This document shows positions 33,632-34,250 of a DNA stretch of 34,250 nucleotides, one piece after another (within the stretch, counting starts at the first letter, position 1; each line of letters opens with the position of its first letter). The DNA lies in the IMG/VR virus record IMGVR_UViG_3300032285_003710, positions 1 to 34,250 of that record, one strand, 5' to 3'. This DNA comes from a virus. Taxonomy: Duplodnaviria; Caudoviricetes. The notes under the pieces were generated by a model. The model was given only the letters and a program-made list of their open reading frames with translations. It did no database searches and was not told where the DNA came from. Position numbers and translations under genes: made by a program.

Positions 33632-33652
33632 ATCCTGAAAATCATCGCCCGT

Positions 33653-33689
33653 AAAAACAAAAGAAGCGTCTTTGTGCATAAAGACGCTT
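33653..33689 (-). terminator. terminator-like hairpin
   Basis: AAGCGTCTTT/AAAGACGCTT perfect 10-bp stem followed by CTTTTGTTTTT. Confidence 0.7.
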
Positions 33690-33711
33690 TTGCATTACGA
33701 AAGCCAATTTG

Positions 33712-33810
33712 TCAGAACATTATTCCTTTCACAAAGTAATACAATACTACAAAGAGCACAATGGCTCCGAGCGTTGCGATAATGAGTTCGTCTTTCTTGT
33801 GTTCTTTCAT
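33712..33810 (-). CDS. small membrane peptide (32 aa)
   Basis: MKEHKKDELIIATLGAIVLFVVLYYFVKGIMF. Confidence 0.55.
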   Translation of the reverse strand: MKEHKKDELIIATLGAIVLFVVLYYFVKGIMF

Positions 33811-33815
33811 AAATA

Positions 33816-34043
33816 TTAGATCCAATCTATCTTAGAGAGTTTGACTTGCGCCGCCGAGACGGCAAAAGTACCTTTACAACGCCAAGCGCGTGCCTTGTGA
33901 CACGAGGATTTGTCGTGCTTAGCGTTGCGCTTGCTTGTATGTTTTATGGCAAGCTTGTTGAGCTTACGAGAAGCTTGAGAGGTTAACAAATGGAATTGAG
34001 CTTGTGACGATTTATCAAAAGCTGCTGTCGGGTTTGAACGCAT
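33816..34043 (-). CDS. hypothetical basic protein
   Basis: 75 aa from ATG 34043. Confidence 0.45.
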   Translation of the reverse strand: MRSNPTAAFDKSSQAQFHLLTSQASRKLNKLAIKHTSKRNAKHDKSSCHKARAWRCKGTFAVSAAQVKLSKIDWI

Positions 34044-34250
34044 AGTATCGAGACACAAAGGTGATGGAGTAAGGAGGATAAAGGAAGACTGAGAAGAGAG
34101 AGAAGACTGACAGAGGATACTTTGTGTCCCGATACTATGCGTCCGCTTGTGGCAATTTGGTCGCGCTCTTTGAGGGAGTAAATCCCCAAAGGGTTGCAAT
34201 TATCAATCCACAAGGGACGCTTGTGTGTCTAGTGTAGGGACAAGCCTACA

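Noticed and set aside
34060-34120. Purine-rich stretch with GAAGACTGA twice
   Set aside because: Low complexity with only two short copies; no function can be supported, though it may lie near the genome end.

Overview
This window is a 34-kb segment of a lytic, podovirus-like dsDNA phage. On the + strand (1-14227) lie virion genes: a beta-helix tail protein, a tail fibre, an adaptor, a gp10/nozzle-like protein carrying a degenerate metallophosphoesterase domain, and three internal/ejection proteins, the largest with zincin-peptidase and ADP-ribosyltransferase modules. A bidirectional terminator (~14240-14275) separates these from the - strand early/middle genes: DUF3987-like helicase, a PolA split in two by an ATP-dependent ligase gene, SSB + Sak4-like ATPase + PD-(D/E)xK nuclease, Dps-like ferritin, SLT-like enzyme, pyrimidine-dimer glycosylase, SF2 helicase and many small ORFs. 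The main finding is an apparently complete phage-encoded sigma54 transcription system: a full-length RpoN (29620-30909), a minimal GAFTGA AAA+ activator lacking both regulatory and DNA-binding domains (25215-26060), and four intergenic GG-N10-GC promoters sharing a non-canonical -12 element (AAA-N3-GGC-N7-ARGCTC-NN-TC), one of them directly upstream of rpoN. No phage RNA polymerase is visible in the window. Product calls come from motif recognition by eye, not from database searches.
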